A DNA stretch of 36,229 bases. Origin: a virus (lineage: Duplodnaviria; Caudoviricetes). Position 1 is the stretch's first letter, and the number at the start of each line of letters is the position of its first letter. The position numbers and the translations under genes are program-made. The DNA is taken from the IMG/VR virus record IMGVR_UViG_3300034061_000562, positions 1-36,229 of that record. One strand, given 5' to 3'. The notes beneath the pieces were generated by a model. It saw only the letters and a list, made by a program, of their open reading frames with translations. It did no database searches and was not told where the DNA came from. Below, in pieces: positions 34,912 through 36,229 of this stretch.

Positions 34912-35967
34912 TTAGAATGTAATTGAACCGCTACCAGTCCATTTGTAGACACGATAGCCACCAGCAACTGTTATGGTAGGTGAGCCTGTAGTAGATGTTG
35001 CAGAAGCATAGGTATCTGCGTAGCGGATGATTACAACACCTGAACCTCCAGCAGCACCTGCAGCAAATACAGACCCATTTCCTCCGCCTCCGCCACCGCC
35101 ACCTGTGTTCGCTGTACCAGCAGCTTGCCCTGTATTGGCATCATTTACACCGCCAGCACCGCCACCACCAGCACCTCCAGCACCTGCACTTCCTATACTT
35201 GTACCACCACCGCCACCACCTGCATATGTAACAGAAGACCCTGATATTGAACTTGCTGTACCTGCACCACCTGCACCTGCTGGTGTAGACCCGCTAGAGT
35301 AACTACCTCCTGCTGCACCTGCACCGCCACCACCACCGCAACCATAATTGTCTATGTTATTACCGTTACCACCATTGTTACCTTGTCCGCTTGTACCAGC
35401 ACCGCCAGTTTTTGTTCCGCCATATCCACCACCACCACCTGAGCCACCTGCAAAACCGCCTATATTTGCGCCATGCCCACCACCAGTAGATGTAATAGAA
35501 CCAAAAATAGAGTCACTACCATTAGTTCCTCCACTTGTTTGCCCTGTTGAAGCTCCAGCACCGCCAGAACCAACAGTAACTGTTATGGCTGAACCTGTTG
35601 AAACAGATAGTCCTGTTGCAGTTCTAAAACCACCAGCTCCGCCACCACCACCACCAGCTCCACCACCCCCTCCGCCAGCTACTACAAGATATTCTATAGT
35701 AGAAGGAGGAACTATAGCAGATATGCTATACCAAGCTGTACCGTTATAGTACTCAGTTACACCCAATGTGCTGTTATATCTAATCATGCCAGTAGCAGGT
35801 GTTGGTCGTTGTGCTGTTGTTCCAGTAGGTAATGTCAATGCACCTGTTGTGCTGTCTTGTGTTGGTACAATACCCGATACGGATGGCAAGGTCATTGTAG
35901 CAGTCACCGTGTCTGTAGCTTGTACAGTCGTTACACCGCTTGTCGCTCCACCAATAAGTACGGGCAT
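34912..35967 (-). CDS. Glycine-rich fibre/adhesin-like protein, paralog B
   Basis: Same architecture as 33294-34268, with identical last 27 aa. Confidence 0.75.
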   Translation of the reverse strand: MPVLIGGATSGVTTVQATDTVTATMTLPSVSGIVPTQDSTTGALTLPTGTTAQRPTPATGMIRYNSTLGVTEYYNGTAWYSISAIVPPSTIEYLVVAGGGGGGAGGGGGGAGGFRTATGLSVSTGSAITVTVGSGGAGASTGQTSGGTNGSDSIFGSITSTGGGHGANIGGFAGGSGGGGGYGGTKTGGAGTSGQGNNGGNGNNIDNYGCGGGGGAGAAGGSYSSGSTPAGAGGAGTASSISGSSVTYAGGGGGGTSIGSAGAGGAGGGGAGGVNDANTGQAAGTANTGGGGGGGGNGSVFAAGAAGGSGVVIIRYADTYASATSTTGSPTITVAGGYRVYKWTGSGSITF

Positions 35968-36225
35968 TTAGTTAACTCCTCTTATTACATTACGAGCTTC
36001 AGCCCTTAACGCACGAACTGCTGTTGTGTCTTTGTCGTAGTCTGCTGTCATCATGTAATCTGTTGATGCTAGGTAGGCTAGTGCCTCTTGACGCTTGGTT
36101 TCTGCTGCTTGTTCTGCTTGAACTAAGGCTAGGTCGTATGTGACTTGATTGCCGTCAGCATCAAAGGCATCATCACCAACTGTGCGAACCACTTGTGGAT
36201 ATAGTTTATATATTGCTTGTATCAT
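35968..36225 (-). CDS. Tail fibre assembly-like small protein
   Basis: AIYKLYP, YLASTDY, R.EAR motifs. Confidence 0.55.
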   Translation of the reverse strand: MIQAIYKLYPQVVRTVGDDAFDADGNQVTYDLALVQAEQAAETKRQEALAYLASTDYMMTADYDKDTTAVRALRAEARNVIRGVN

Positions 36226-36229
36226 GCTG

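Noticed and set aside
33294-35060. Diversity-generating retroelement between the repeated C-termini
   Set aside because: No reverse transcriptase seen; both copies are coding and differ mainly at synonymous sites
326-35971. Many opposite-strand or alternative-frame ORFs in the track (e.g. 2066-2374, 26854-27327, 33757-34104, 35348-35749)
   Set aside because: Shadows of well-supported genes; poly-Pro and poly-His products mirror Gly codons
36222-36229. Direct circular join of base 36229 to base 1
   Set aside because: Joining would stop the fibre ORF a few codons later and no terminal repeat is visible; sequence is probably missing

Overview
Near-complete genome of a tailed dsDNA phage with a P22-like/podovirus-type virion module. 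The window appears circularly permuted and broken inside a tail-fibre gene. Most genes are on the minus strand: terminase, portal, scaffold, major capsid, adaptor, tail and fibre genes, ejection proteins, a lysis region, and a replication/nin-like block. A plus-strand early block (about 14.2-19.15 kb) carries an ERF recombinase, SSB, small ORFs and a metallophosphoesterase, driven by two duplicated sigma70-like promoters. I saw no integrase, DNA polymerase, tRNA or CRISPR. The top observation is absent from the ORF track: a solitary antisense-oriented pqqA gene at 8920-8991 (MWTSPAATEMRFGFEVTMYVMNK) encoding the PQQ cofactor precursor. It suggests a Methylophilaceae-type methylotroph host and a possible peptide-precursor auxiliary metabolic gene. 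Also notable: a kissing-loop/terminator RNA upstream of the replication genes, a stand-alone TGT/DpdA-fold gene with apparent GATC avoidance, a tiny secreted six-cysteine peptide, an ART-like protein, and a shared N-terminal GLLD motif. All family calls are motif recognition by eye; no searches were run.
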